Source of the DNA: Cetorhinus maximus
Lineage: Eukaryota
Direction: 5' to 3'
Assembly: GCF_964194155.1 (NCBI RefSeq)
Contig: NC_135892.1
Span: 105,214,001-105,278,000, forward strand
Length of the DNA stretch: 64,000 nt
Made by a program: the position numbers and the translations under genes. The notes under the pieces are model-generated. The model was given only the letters and a program-made list of their open reading frames with translations. It was not told the DNA's origin and did not search any database. Below, piece by piece: positions 36,882-50,540 of this stretch. How positions within the stretch are numbered: the stretch's first letter is position 1; each line of letters opens with the position of its first letter.

Positions 36882-39800
36882 GTTGTAACTCCCAACCAGC
36901 TTCAGCGCTGTTGTCAGACATTAGTCAGTCATACAAAGACACTTTATTGCGTCTCTTTGACACACTCGTCGTCATAGCAGCTTCTGCACGACGATTCAAA
37001 ATGACAGCGAGAGAAAATACAAAAAAAAATCACCTCTCTGTGGGTCTAATTGGTGTTTTTTCCACTTAGTCGGTACATAATCGCAACTGAGAAATTGATC
37101 CGAATTTAACTTATTGTAATTGAGCGAATTAGCCTTAAAAGAGGGATAACCTGCATGTCATATCTCAAAATAGTAGAGTTCAAACAGCTGCGAGATCGGC
37201 TATTCGGTAAAATCGTATACTGCCTCATCAAATAAAAATACGAGGTTCATAAACGCTGCAAATTTACTCCCCAGGAATCTCTTTTTAACTTGGAAGTAAG
37301 GTCTATCATTGCAGAACAAAAACAAAAATACTTGGAAAAACTCAGCAGGTCCGACAGCATCTGCGGAGAGGAACACAACCAACGCCTCAAGTCCGCACCA
37401 CTCCGATGCTGTCCGACCTGCTGAGTTTTTGCAGTTTCTTAATGCATCGGTTAAGTGATTTACAATCAATTAAGTACTCCTAGATATGCAGTCACTGTTG
37501 TAATGCCGAAAGGGTGCAGCCAATTTGCACAAAGCTGTTAGGGCACTGGGAGAACTCCCTTGCTGTTGGTCAGATCTGCAGTGGAATCTTCTGACATGGC
37601 AGACAAGGGCCTCATTTTGTTAATTATTCTTTCATGGATATGGCCATTGCTAGCTAGGCCAGCATGTATTGCCCATCCTAATTGCCCTTATTTATAGGGC
37701 ATTTAAAAGTCAACCACAGTGCTGTGGGTCTAGAGTCACATGTAGGCCAGGTAAGGACAGTAGATTTCCTTCCCTAATGGACATTAGTGAACCAGAGGGG
37801 TTTTTACTACAATCAGCAATGGTTTCGTGGTCATCATCAGACTTTTAATTCCAGATTTGTTTTTAATGAATTCAAATTCCACCATCTGCCATGGTGGGAT
37901 TCAAACCCAGATCCCCAGAGCATTACTCTGGGTCTCTGGATTACCAGTCCAGTGACAATACCACTATGCCACCACCTATTTTAACATGTCATATAAAGGA
38001 CAGTACAGCACTGTTTCATTTCACTGGAGTGTCAGTCTGGTTTATATGCACAACTCTAAAATGGGACTCGAGTCCATAATCCTTTGACTCAATAGCATAA
38101 CTTTATGTGAACTTCCTTTAAATTAATGTACTCTTACTGTTGCTTACGGTGTGGTGTCCTCTATACTGGGACACCAAAGGCAGATTAGATGCCCACCTGC
38201 AAAGCACTCCTGTTGGCAAGGCAGCCTGATGTGCAGGTGAAGACGACAGTCCATGTGCTTTACCACAGGGAGGGTTATCCTGATTCATTTTACATTTATG
38301 CTGGAAGTGTAGAATTTCTGCTTTGCTTCAATGTTAAACCTGCTATGTTAACCAGTACTCAGGGCCAAATCTGATCCTGGAGCGAAGCAGAAAAGAGACT
38401 CACTGAGGAGTTAAATTTGGATGCACGCACAGGGGTTTGACACCACAGAGTACAAATTCAGTCAAACCAGTTTCCCAAAGTATTTGTTGGACCACCAGCA
38501 CTTTATTTAACTCTACCTGACATTAATTTAGAATGGAAAAGGATTCTTCCCCTCTTTGGTTAAAATATTAATGTTTAATCAATGGGGAAAGAGCACCTGC
38601 AGGACAAATAGAGTTACATCACATAGCTCCTGCCTGGTTGTAAGTATGTTTCAACCAGGCTATACCTTAACAGCAGTAAGTGTAATGCAAATTCCAATGC
38701 AGAGATTTAAACATCTCATCCAGTCAACAATTCAGCGGAGTAATCAGGGAGTGCGGCATTAACCGAGGTGCTGTCCTTCATATGAGATATTAAACTGAGG
38801 CTCCGTCTGAAATATCTCTATTTGCACACAACAATGGCAGAAATCCAATCTGTTCTCGATTGGGTGTACATTGATGGCTCACAAAAGAACATCCAAAGAG
38901 AAGAAAACTCCCTTACCCTAAAGAAATTATCTTAGGAATTTAGGAACAAGAGGTCATTTAACCTAACAAAACTTTCACCTTCATTTAAATTTATGGTTAA
39001 ATTCCACAAAGAGTAGTTTTCATTACCCTTGCGTGGCATGAATGTTACTTGCATGTGCCAGGCAATGACCATCTACAAAAAGAGAGAATCTAAACATCTC
39101 CCCTTGACATTCAATGGCATTACCATCAACATCCTGGGGGGGTTACCATCCATTCATAGTTCACGTAAGGTCTACCCTCAAGTGCCTGAAATCTCCTGGG
39201 TCAACCGATGACACTGACAGCATTGTGCACAGGAGTACACACCTGTGGCAGAGTGAGACCTTGGCACTTTAGAAGTTTCCTGTCAGCCATGCTTGATGCA
39301 GATTGGTGCCCCTCAAGCTATAACCATTTGTCTCTTCAATGGAAATAGGAGTTACCACTGACTAGAGAATTAACTGGACCAGCCACAGAAGTACTGTGGC
39401 TACAGGAACAGGACAGAGGCTGGGGATTCTGTGGTAACACATCTCCTGACTCCAAAAGATGATGGCTTGTGACATGGTGGTCAACTTTGTTAAGCATCGC
39501 CTGGTGTGCCTCAGGCACCCAACTCTGGCATGGGAGTGTCTGCCGCATTTGCTGCGAGAAAGGCAGTGGGCAGAAAAGGTGCAGATTCACTGACCTGGGC
39601 CCTTTTTTTGGCCAAGTGAGCTTTTCGTTTCTGCTTGCCTCTTCCAATGCCCTTCCAAACAGACAGTCAGCCTCAGAGGTCATGGTCATCAGCGACAGTC
39701 TCCCAGTTGTCAGCATCAATGTCCGTTATCTTGCTTGCAGGTGTCCTTGTAGCGGAGGTATGGACGCCCAAGAGGTCATGACCCAGTGGCCAATTCACCA

Positions 39801-40136
39801 TACAGAAGGTCTTGGGGGTAAACGGCCGTCATCCATCCAATGGATGTGGCCGAAACAGTACAGATGTCACTGGCTTAGCAATGAGTGTATGCTGATGAAA
39901 TTAGCACACTCCTGGATCTCTGAGTCGGTGACATTGTCCTGCCAAGAGATGCCAAGGATATGTCTCACACAGCGAAGGTGGAAAGTGTTCAGCCTTTTTT
40001 TCTGCCTAGTACATTGTCCAGGTCTCACCATTGTTGAGGAGTGCACTGAGGATGCAGGTTTGGTAGACGCATATTTCTTCATTTACATTTCTCTTGCAGC
40101 TGCTGAACTGAGTAGATCATGTCAATTGTAGATCTT

Positions 40137-40584
40137 CAAGATAAAAGCAAAATACTGCGGATGCTGGAAATCTGAAACAAAAACAAAAATAGCTGGAAAA
40201 ACTCAGCAGGTCTGACAGCATCTGCAGAGAGGAATACAGTTAACGTTTCGAGTCCATATGAATTCATCAGAACTAAGGGAAAATAGGAATGAGATGAAAT
40301 ATAAGCTGGTTGAGGGGGGTGGGACAGGTAGAGCTGGATAGAGGGCCAGTAATAGGTGGAGGCAAAGAAGAGATTGCCAAAGATGTCATAGACAAAAGGA
40401 CAAAGGGGTGTTGATGGTGGTGATATTAGCTATGGAATGTGCCAATGGTGTGACATTAAGGGTGGAAAGCAGGATGAGCAAGTGACAGATAGCCTTAGTG
40501 GGGGTGGGGTATACAAAACGTTAACTATTCCTCTCTGCAGATGCTGACAGACCTGCCGAGTTTTTCCAGCTATTTTTGTTTTTG
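40137..40584 (-). mobile_element. Short Penelope-derived insertion with an inverted terminal segment and TSD
   Basis: About 70-bp near-identical inverted arms. TTGTAGATCTT is duplicated at 40126-40136 and 40585-40595. The insertion interrupts the RTE LINE. Confidence 0.75.
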
Positions 40585-40755
40585 TTGTAGATCTTTCAAG
40601 TATGAAACCACACTGGGATTTGAGATAGATCCACTCATTCAAGATCTGCAGTCTGACAAGGGCAATATGGGCAAATACTTTTCCCATGATACTCAGCAGG
40701 GAGATGCCTCAATAATTGTTGCATTTGCTGTGGTTGCCCTTGTTCTTGTACAGGG

Positions 40756-41644
40756 TGGCACAAGGCTATGCCACTTTATTTTTGAAAACATGACTTTTCA
40801 ACTTTCAACTGACTGGAAATGTTGCAATTTGAAATGAGACAGAACAAACTACTTAAAAATGCAAGGCCACCTTCCGAGGTGAAGGTGACAAAGCAAACAA
40901 GACAAAACAAGGAATGTGAAGAGAGGGATATTGCCTATAATTCAGAGAAACCCATCATATCTAAGGAAGAGACACTAAAATGCAAAATGCTAGATATTGA
41001 AACAATGGCTGCCACAGACAGAGCCACCCAAAATCTCTTGGAAGTACACTTGGGTGAAGTACAACAGGCCAGACTACAGCCACTGCAGAGAGATTGCAAG
41101 TGACACAGATAGTGGTAAGAATGTTTTCAGCAGAGGAAATAGGCTGAAAAGCTGTGCTGTTTCCCTCTTCCTTTTGGAAAAAGTGGTGTCACCCACTTTG
41201 AGAAGTCAACTACCAGAAACCTACCAGCGAACCGAGATCTTGTAATAATTACAATGTTTTCTACATCTGACTGTACTGAAGAAAACAGCTAACCTAAATC
41301 AGCCACAACGTTTAAAATCTATGCCTCATTGAAAATCAAAGGACACTTCCTCATATATTCTTTTAACTTTTTATTGGACTTTAATTTCCCTTATTTCTGA
41401 TACCTGTGTGTGTGACCTCACGTTATTATTTTTCTCAGGTTAAGTGATTAATAAATTTGCTCTTTCTTTATCTCAAGAAAACCTTGTTTGATTGACTCCT
41501 TATTTCTCACTGCATAAATAGGTAAATACATTCTGATTTGAAAAGGACATATCCTTGTGAAAAAGAAACTTAAACCTTTGTTGTGACCAACTGAGGAGGT
41601 TCAATACAGGAAGCCTGTTCACTCCTCCTCACCTGGTCATAACA
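40756..41644 (+). mobile_element. Solo LTR (889 bp) nested in the RTE LINE
   Basis: TG...CA termini, 4-bp TSD AGGG (40752-40755 and 41645-41648), internal AATAAA. Removing it restores the RTE sequence. Confidence 0.75.
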
Positions 41645-43979
41645 AGGGTCACAATTTTTGCATCATGTATTTCCTGAGGCACTGCCCCCTCTCTCCAGCA
41701 TAGATAGAGGAGTTGGTGCAGATGCTGCAGAAGTGCTGATTTCCTGTGCTGGAGGAGTTCACGTGGTAAAGCATCAGCACCTATGGCAAGCAAGTCAAGC
41801 TTTGTAGGTTCGATATCTAGCTCTGCCATGACAGGCAGTTTTTCTATGGTGTCTAGAGCTTCTTTGGTGACAGTATTCTCTCTAGAGTACAACTCAAGGC
41901 AGTGTTCCACCTATTTCTCCAACTGTCTATTTCAGTCAGCAATTACCTTCCGTCTTTGTTTTCAATGGAGCCAATGGACCTGTTGCCTTCTTGATCCTTT
42001 CGTACATGCCCCTGACATTCCCTGTCAAAAGGCATCTGGATATTTTGGCAGAGTTGTAACCAGTAGTCATTGGCACACCGCAAACTAGCAGTTTGTTGGA
42101 CTTTACTTTGAACGCACGAAGAACCATTCAGAGTTTTCTCACTCAAATCTCTCTTGTAATTAATAAGTAGACCACTTGGCTTCAATTACAATCACAGTAA
42201 TGTTAGCCTTACACCAGTCAGCACTTTTCTGCTCATTGCCCATATCTTGAGCGTGTAGTATTGTAGATGGTTTCTCAAAGTATGTTCTATTTCACTTCTG
42301 CACCGTGTGGGAATGCTGGAGAGCACCTGTTCAATCGAGTTGCAAAACTTTTGGTTTTTATCTGAATAGTCAGTATGGCTGATGTTGATACAAGAATGGC
42401 ATTTCTGCTTTGAATGAAAAAATCTTGAAGAATTGCATCCTAACCCAGATGCACACTAGGTAGTGATCTGTATCTGCTTGTGTTGAGAATGATAATCAGA
42501 TCCAGCTGGTGGCAATGCCCTTATCTTGGATGTCTCCTGGACAGCTTGTGGCATGGTTTGTTCTGAACACTCATGGCAGCAGCAAAGCTCAAGTAGTCTC
42601 TGTCCATTTTCATTTATCTTTCATAGGCCATGGTGTTCAAGGCACGAGGGCCAGGCCTCATGATCTGCGCTCACAATGCGTTGAAATGCCCCAGTAGGAA
42701 AGATGTTCTGACTTAGGGATTCTGCTGATGCCAGCATAAAGCACCTCATAGAACTGGTCTTTTGCCTCTGTAGTGGAGCACGTTGAGAGGCGGAGAGGAT
42801 GCCTTCTGAACCATTTGTGGAAGTTTTATCACCTACAGTAATGAGTTCTTTACAGAAAAACCTACAACTTGCTTATGCGTTTCCTCTGAACTCTTCCCCT
42901 GCTAGAACACATTTTTCTTTGATCCATTCTTTGATCCACCGAGAGTGATCTGCTCTCATTGAGCCTGGTCTGTTGTAGCCTACAAAGTTCCATGCTAATC
43001 ATGGCTGTCTTGTGCTCATTATTGACCAGCTGCAAGTCATTGGTCAGTCCCATGCACATGGTCCTGATGTTCCAGCTAGCCAATTTATCAAGCTAACAGT
43101 TATCATCTTTCTTTTCATTTGCTTAGTGCGGTGGATTCTGTCCATTTGTAGAGCAGAGACTCAGGACTCCAATGCACCATTGAAGCAGAGGGACCATGTT
43201 GGGTCAGCACCTTACTAGACAGGGGCTGCTGTCTTGAGATGGGCAGTGGCTGACTAGTGGGACATGATGGTCCCTCCCAATGTCCAGGACAGCCCATAGC
43301 ACCTGTTCTCTAAACTAATCGAGTTGGGAGTGTCACTTGTAACTGCTGTCCCCCATGTCGTGTTAATGTGCTGCAGAGAAACTAGGGTGCCCTCTCCAGG
43401 GAGACACTGGGTTGCCCAAACATTAGAGTCCTCCTCTCAACCTCCCCAGTTGAGTCCAAAGGAATGCAAAGCACTATGTTTGGCACCGGCTTGGTTGGAG
43501 TTGCCAAAAAGATGACATATTTAGACGTTAGTCTGCCTTTGGGCTCTACTCCAGATTTTTTGTCAGGATTTACTCCTTTAGTCTTCCTGAGCTATCCACA
43601 AGGCATTGGAGCTATTTGGCCATAGCTGTGGGTTTAATTCTTGAGTGCCAGGGCATTTCCACATGCCAGTGGACCTGCATACTGCCTATCTTCGTGGGCC
43701 AAGCCTCCTCAGAGTTCCTCTGAAGCTTTAGCCTGGGGCTGCAAGTGTCCCAGTTTCTGTGTGTTGCTATGGGGAGGTACAGCTGATGACTTGCCAACGG
43801 AGAGGCTCTGAACTAAAGGAAGAGACTTACACGTTTAGTTCTCTTTTTCGCACTGCTGCTAGCCACCAGTGTGGGCTGAAAATGAGAATAAAACTATCAC
43901 ATAAAAATGGAAAACATGCTAACTCTCTCCACCCATCATATCGATCTGTTGGACACACTGACTCCCACAAAGCCTTTAA

Positions 43980-45388
43980 CATAAGAATGTAAGGAATAGG
44001 AGCCAGAATAGACCATATGGCCTGGTCGAGCATGCATTGCCTTCAATGTGATCAATTATGGCTGATTTCCGAATTCAACTCCACCTTCCTGCCTGCTCCT
44101 ATATTACTTGATTCCCTGAGAGGACAAAAATCTATCTTAGCCTTAAATATATTCAACAATGGAGCATCCACAAACCCCTGGGATAGACAATTCCAAAGGT
44201 GAACATATAAACATATGAAATCAGAGAAGTAGGCCATTCGGCCCCTCGAGCGTGCTCCACCATTCAATAAAATCATGGCTGTTCCGGTTGGGTTTTGAAT
44301 TCCACATTTCCATCTATCTCTGATAACCTTTGATTCCCTTGCCTAACAAGAATCTATCTACCTCCGCCTTAAAAATATACAATGACCCCGCTTCACTGCC
44401 TTCTGAGGCAGAGAGTTCCAAAGTCGAACAACCCTGAGAGAAAAAATGTCTCCTCATCTGTCCTAAAAGGGAGTCCCATAACTTTAAAACAGTGCCCAGT
44501 GAAGAAATTTCTCATCTCAGTCGTAAATGATTTGCCCCTTATCCTGAGACTGTACCCCCATTTTCTAGATTCTTCAGCAAGATGAAACAGCTTTTCAGTG
44601 TCTACCCTGTCAAGACCCTTCAGAATCTTGTGTGTTTCAACGAGATCACCTCTCATTCTTCTAAATTCCAGACAGCATCAGCACAATTTACTCAGCCTTG
44701 CATCATAGAACAACCCTCTCATCTCAGGGATCAACCTAGTGAACCTTCACTGCACTGCCTCCAATGCAAGTGTATCCTTCGTTAAATATGGAGACCAAAA
44801 CTGCATACAGCATTCCAGATCCCTATATAATTGCAGCAAGACTCCTTTATTATTGTATATCAATCCCCTTGCAATAAAGGCCAAAATGTCATTTGCCTCC
44901 CTAATTCTTGCTATACCTGCGTGCCAACTTTGTATTCCTTGTACGACTACATCCAAGTCCCTTTGAACATCACTATTTATAAGTTTTCACACCTTTTAAA
45001 AAATATTGTTTTAGTCTTACGAAGTGAATAACTTCAGACTTACCACATCTATCACCTGGTTGCCCACTCAACCTGTCTATGTCTCTTTGCAACCTTTTTT
45101 TGTCTGCCTCACAGCTTGCATTCCCACCTAGCTTTATATAGTCAGCAAACTTAACATTACTGTCTCTACTCTAGGTCGTTAATATAGATTGTAAATAGCT
45201 GAAGCCCCAGCAACGATCCTTGCAGCATTCCTCCACTAGTCACAGCCTACCAACTTAAAAATGCCTTGTTTATCCCTACTCTTTGCTTCAAGTCTGTTAA
45301 CCAATCCTCTATCAATCCTGATCTATTACCCTAAATCCAGGAGTCCTTATTTTGCATATTAATCTTTGTGTCCTACCTTATTGAATGC
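43980..45388 (-). mobile_element. CR1 LINE fragments (one CR1 tail nested in another)
   Basis: MRGDLVETHKILKGLDRVD and QFWSPYL motifs. A second tail occupies ~44205-44497. Confidence 0.75.
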
Positions 45389-46735
45389 CACTTACAAAGC
45401 ACGAGTCATGAGTGATTACTTTCCCACATGCTTGGATGAGTGCAGTTCCAACAACACAAGATCATCAACACTATTCAGCACAAAACAGCTTGCTTGATCA
45501 GCACCCCATCCACCATCTTAAATATTCACTTCCTCCAACACCAGTGCACTGTGGCTGCAGTGTGTACCATCCACAAGATGCACTGCAGCAACCCATCAGC
45601 TTCTTCAACAGCACCTTCCAAACCCACAAATGCTACCATCTGGAACAAGGACAGCAGGCACATGGGAACACCAAAACCTACAAATTGCCTTCCAAGTCAC
45701 ACACCATCCTGACTTGGAAAAAAATCGCATTCCTTCACCGTTGCTTGATTAAATCCTGGAATTCCCTCCTTACACCACAAGGACAGCATCAGTTGAAGCA
45801 GGTGCTTATCTCCACCTTTTCAAGGGTAATTAAGGATTGTCAATAAATGCGGGCCTTGCCAGCGATGCCTGCATCCAATGCACAAATTAAGTTATTTCAG
45901 AAGAAATCAGTGTGATATGATATCACACATATTTCAATTATTGTTAACTAAGGTAAAGATTTCTGAAGAAAACAATAAAGGTTCACCAGCAGCAGTGGTC
46001 AATGTTATTTCAGTGCCATAGCAGATTAAACCTCTTTATTGGAATCATTCAGAAACTTAACCAATTGAGCTTGCAACAAACCTGTGGGTTGCAGTGCAGA
46101 CCTTACTGACATAAAGTTTGCTCTTTTTAAAAGTTTTCCTTTTTGGTAAATACAACTGGCAAAATAATAATGATTTTTTTTGAGGGGGTGAATTTGAATA
46201 ATTATTGCATTATCATGTAATAATTCCTATGTACAAAAATCAAGAGAATATTCAAGATTCACAATCTTATTTATTAGTTAGAAATAAACAATGGATAGCC
46301 AAACCTATGCTACTACAGCTGTCAATGAGTGGGAAATCTGGGCAGATTTCCTGTTATTTTGTACAAAAAGCCATGTTACTCCTCAGAATCTGAATTCTAT
46401 CTTCATGCAATATAAGACAGTAATTCTGCCCATTATGTCCACGATATGCAAAAGTCACTGAATATGACTTTGACCATAAATTGCAGTCAAGTGATTGTTA
46501 GATGGAGATTTTGAAGTTTATGTTTGATTGCCTTTATGATCAGAAAGACATTTCACAATCTTGCTTTTTTTCCATATTTTACCTGTCGCTGTTAAAATCG
46601 TTCAGGAGATTTGTGCGGAAAGTGTGTATCAGTGTTGTATCTGACAAAACTTTTACAGTTTTCAATGTCAGATGGCTGATGAGCCAGTTGTTTATGTATC
46701 CCATACTTGTGCTCTTAGATATTTCCAACATATGT

Positions 46736-46842
46736 TTATGTGCTCAATTTGAGCTGTTGAAAGATGCAGGCTGTAAACTGCTCCACCATCCATCCAACGA
46801 AAATGACAGATAATGCAAACCTCCTGCTGCTATTCAGCACTA
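46736..46842 (-). CDS. ARV1: ARV1 coding exon 5 (stop)
   Basis: cttacag|(V)VLNSSRRFALSVIFVGWMVEQFTACIFQQLKLST-TAA, matching human VTLNINRKLSFLAVLSG. Total CDS is 702 nt = 233 aa. Candidate AATAAA signals at 46270-46275 and 46035-46040 (-). Confidence 0.9.
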
Positions 46843-47689
46843 CTGTAAGAGGAAACAAACCATTAGAAGGCATTAAAATAAACACAGGACAGGTTCAGGA
46901 ACATAACTATGTAACAAGTAAGTATATTTTAACATTGGGCCTTGAACTAAAATTACCAGTTAGGATTTTGAATTATTTTTGAAGGTCCCATGCCATTACT
47001 AATTGGCAGTCTGGTGCCTAGAGATTGGAGGCTCAACACAGTAACAGTGCAGAAAGAAAAAGAAAATTAAAAGATGGTGCACTGTTATTGTGGGAATGGG
47101 TGAAGATAAAAATAAGCTGTTGACAAGAGACACATAAAAGCAAAGAACTTGCACATATATTGCACCTTTCACAACCTAACAATGTCCCACGGTCAGAGGC
47201 TACCTCTGAGCCCAGGCTGACATACAAGGATAAGAATAAGGAAAAAAAATGCAAAGTAACTGCATAAATTCAGCTTAATAGATAGGAATAAATGAAAATG
47301 AAAAGTAAAAGTTGGTATTTCATGAGTTTCATGGAGGTAAAGAGAAGAATTTCTAACAGACCAGCAATTGATCTGTGCTGAATATTTAAACATTAACACT
47401 ATCTGGTTAGGGTGACAGATCAGAGTTTAGCCATGTTTAATATCTTAAGAATACCTGCACAGTATATATTTTTTGTGGAGAGGGGCTGTGGAGGTTGCAG
47501 GTTGTGCCAGTATATGACCCCTGTAAATTGATTTCTGCTCGTTGGCAGAAGTGATCTCAAAGTCATATGGTACATATAACGTCTGGATACAGACTGCAGC
47601 ATCAATGGCATTGATATATTAAGAGATGGGAGAAAATTGGCAAAGAAAAATTGGTAAGGAAAAGGGTGTATTTTACATGCTGTATTTTT

Positions 47690-48185
47690 TTTTTAATTCA
47701 TTCATGGGATGTGAACTTCTCTGGTTGGGCCAGCATTTATTGTCCATCCCTAGTTGCCCTTGAGAAGGTGTGGTGAGCTGCCTTCTTGAACCGCTGCAGT
47801 CCATGTGGTGTAGGTACACCCACAGTGCTGTCAGGCAGGGAGTTCCAGGATTTTGACCTAGCGACAGCAAAGGAACGGCAATATATTTCCAAGTTAGGAT
47901 GGTGAGTGACTTGTCGGGGAACTTCTAGATGATATTGGTCGTGGGTTTGGAAGGTGCTGTCGAAGGAACCTTGGTGAATTCCTGCAGTGCATCTTGTAGA
48001 TGGTACACGTTACTGTACCTTGGTGGAGGGAGTAAATGTTTGTAGATGTGGTGCCAATCAAGCAGGCTGCTTTGTCATGGACAGTGTCAAGCTCCTTGAG
48101 TGTTGTGGAAGCTGCACTCATTCAGGCAAGTGGGGAGCATTCCATCACAATCCTGACTTGTGCCTTGTAGAGATGGTGGACAGGC
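47690..48185 (-). mobile_element. CR1-type (HER1-like) LINE 3' fragment in ARV1 intron 4
   Basis: Homologous to 10380-10915. Confidence 0.78.
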
Positions 48186-49176
48186 TTTTATCTCAACAAC
48201 TGTGAAATGAATGGTGAACTACTATCCAAGTTTTTCACAAGTACCAGTAGAAAAAAAAACATTCAGCAAATTACTTTTTCTGATTCCATAAAGTGTGGCA
48301 AGTCATATCACTGCAAATACAGAAAAGAAGTAAAAGAATGAGGGCTCAGAATCAAGGAAACTTGAAGGACTTCCACTCAGGGGAACCAGGGTGGTCCTGC
48401 ACTGAGAATGCTGGGATATATCTTACCACCTTGTTCCAGCCACTGGTGTGGCTATGCCTCTTCCCTAGGGCTTGCCACTGGACAGCTGATGGGCTTGCCT
48501 ATTTTAGGTGGTAGACACTTGTAATACACAAATCGGAGTTATATGACGTACAGAGGGCCCCATTTGCTAATTTAGGACTCAGACTATATTATTTCACTCC
48601 TGCTTCCAAGTCCATTCCTTCCATAGATCAAGAGTGAAAAATTTAGCATTCGTCTACAATGTCAGTTGATACTTGAAGACCCTAGACACAAAATCTTTTT
48701 TAAAAAAACTCATCCAAGTTCTTTGTCTTTTGAGCGTGGGCAGATGCAGAAGACATTTCCTCACCATTAAAATTGAAGCTTGGAAAAGGGTACGAACAAT
48801 CTAACCTAAGGCAACAGACTCAGACAAATCTGAACTCTGCACAAAGGGAGCGGCTTCAACCATGAATATTCATACATTTAAAAAAAATAAATCTACATCC
48901 ACTTAGCTTTTAATGATAAAAGTTATCAGATGGCTGTTCTTCAAAGCCAATTAGCCTAATTTACAGTAAATACAAATTGCTGTTACAATTTTGAATTAGC
49001 TGTAAAACTGATTGTCAGCACATTCAAAATCTTTTTAAAGAGTTGATACGGGAGGTGGATAAGTCAAGTGGGTGCTGTTACAAGCAACAGTGAAATACAG
49101 TTAACACAGAAGACTATGCCATTAACATTTCTTCAAAATATGTTAATTAATTAATTTGATATCATGAGCAGATTAC

Positions 49177-49401
49177 CTCTGACAGCTTGTGCATTTGATG
49201 CAAGAACAAAGAATTTGATGAGGTTAATGTATAGTGGTGAGTAGTCATGTTCCCAGATCACAGCTGGAATCACAAGGAGTTTCCCATAACCAGACAATAA
49301 TAAAGCTATTAGTAACGTGTTGCGATTTGATTTTTTCTGGATGAAATCATCTTTTGTTAACCACAAGAAAAAAAACGCCCCACTCAGGAATGCTGCCAGC
49401 T
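49177..49401 (-). CDS. ARV1: ARV1 coding exon 4
   Basis: tag|(E)LAAFLSGAFFFLWLTK...ALLLSGYGKLLVIPAVIWEHDYSPLYINLIKFFVLASNAQAVR+G|gtaat, 225 nt. Confidence 0.95.
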
Positions 49402-49479
49402 CTAAAAATAAAAAAATAACATTACAGCATATTTGTCTTCTTTTTTTGCAGAACTGTTATAAGCGGTACTTTTTTCAAA

Positions 49480-50540
49480 AATACTTTAATTTATATACTG
49501 CTTCTAACATTGTAAAATGTACCAGGCTGCTTCACAGGAGCATAAGCAAATAACATTCAACACAGAGCCACATAAGGAGATATTAGGTCAGGGGACCAAA
49601 AGATTGGTCAAAAAGAGGTAGTTTTTAAGAAGTGCCTTAACGGAGAGAGAGGTAGAGAGGCCTAGAGTTTGAGGGAGGGAATTCTACAGCTGAGGGTCAA
49701 GGCAACTGAAGGCACAATTGCCAATGTTGGAGCGATTAAAATCTGGGATGTGCATGCGGCCAGAGTCAGAGTAATGCAGAGATTGCAGAAGGTTGTGGAA
49801 CTGGAGGAGGTTACAGAGATAGGAAGGAACAAGCCGATGAAGGGATTTGAGAATAGAGATGAGAATTTGAAAATCAAGTTGTTGCTGGACTGGGGCCAAT
49901 ATAGGCCAGTGAGCACAGGGGTACTCGTGAAAGGGACTTGGTGTATTAAGATACAGGCAGACATATTTTGGGATGATCTCGAGTTTATGGAGAGTGGAAG
50001 GTAAGAGGTTGACCAGGAGGACATTTGAATTTTCAAGTCTAGAGGTAATAGAGGCATGGATGAAGGTTTCAACAGATGAGCTGAGGCAAGGGCAGAGATG
50101 GCCAATGTTATGGAGGTGGAAGTAGGTAGCATTAACGATGGAGTGGATTTGTGGTTGGAAGCTTGTCTTAGTATCAAAAAGGACTCCAAGATTTTGAACA
50201 ATCTGTTTGTGGGATAGAATCAATAACTAAAGAATGAAGTTTATGGCGGTGACTGAAGACAATGAATTTAACCTTCCCAATATTTTGCTGGGAGGAAATT
50301 TCTACACATCCAGTATTGGATATCAGAAAAGCTGAGAGACAAATCAGGCAGTGGAGGAGTCAAGAGAGGTAGTGGTGAGGTAGAGCTGAGTGTCATCAGT
50401 GTACAATGTTTTTGGATGATGTTGCCAAGGTGCAGCATGTAGATGTGAGTTTGGAGGGGACCAAGACCACGCTAATCCTTGCATGGGCTCCAGAGGTAAC
50501 AGTGAGGAAGCAGGAAGAGAAACCAATGCAGCTGATTCTT
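49480..50540 (-). mobile_element. L2-clade LINE 3' fragment in ARV1 intron 3
   Basis: YTDDTQLYL, QNLGVLFD, ETFIHASITSRL and HWP motifs typical of L2. Related pieces at ~7400-7740 and 35160-35790. Confidence 0.8.

Larger units (their letters stand above)
39459..43957 (-). mobile_element. RTE-clade LINE, 5'-complete but internally deleted and interrupted
   Basis: APE motif ASWNIRTM at ~43083, GKVFAHI..RLQ..SQCGF near the RT N-terminus, and RLNTFHLRCVRHILGISWQD C-terminal motif. Degenerate CTGACTCC..AAAG duplication at both ends. Confidence 0.8.

Noticed and set aside
39469-40131. 220-aa plus-strand ORF
   Set aside because: Antisense shadow of the RTE LINE 3' coding region.
49662-50223. Two 179-aa minus-strand ORFs within ARV1
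   Set aside because: L2 LINE remnants, not ARV1 exons.
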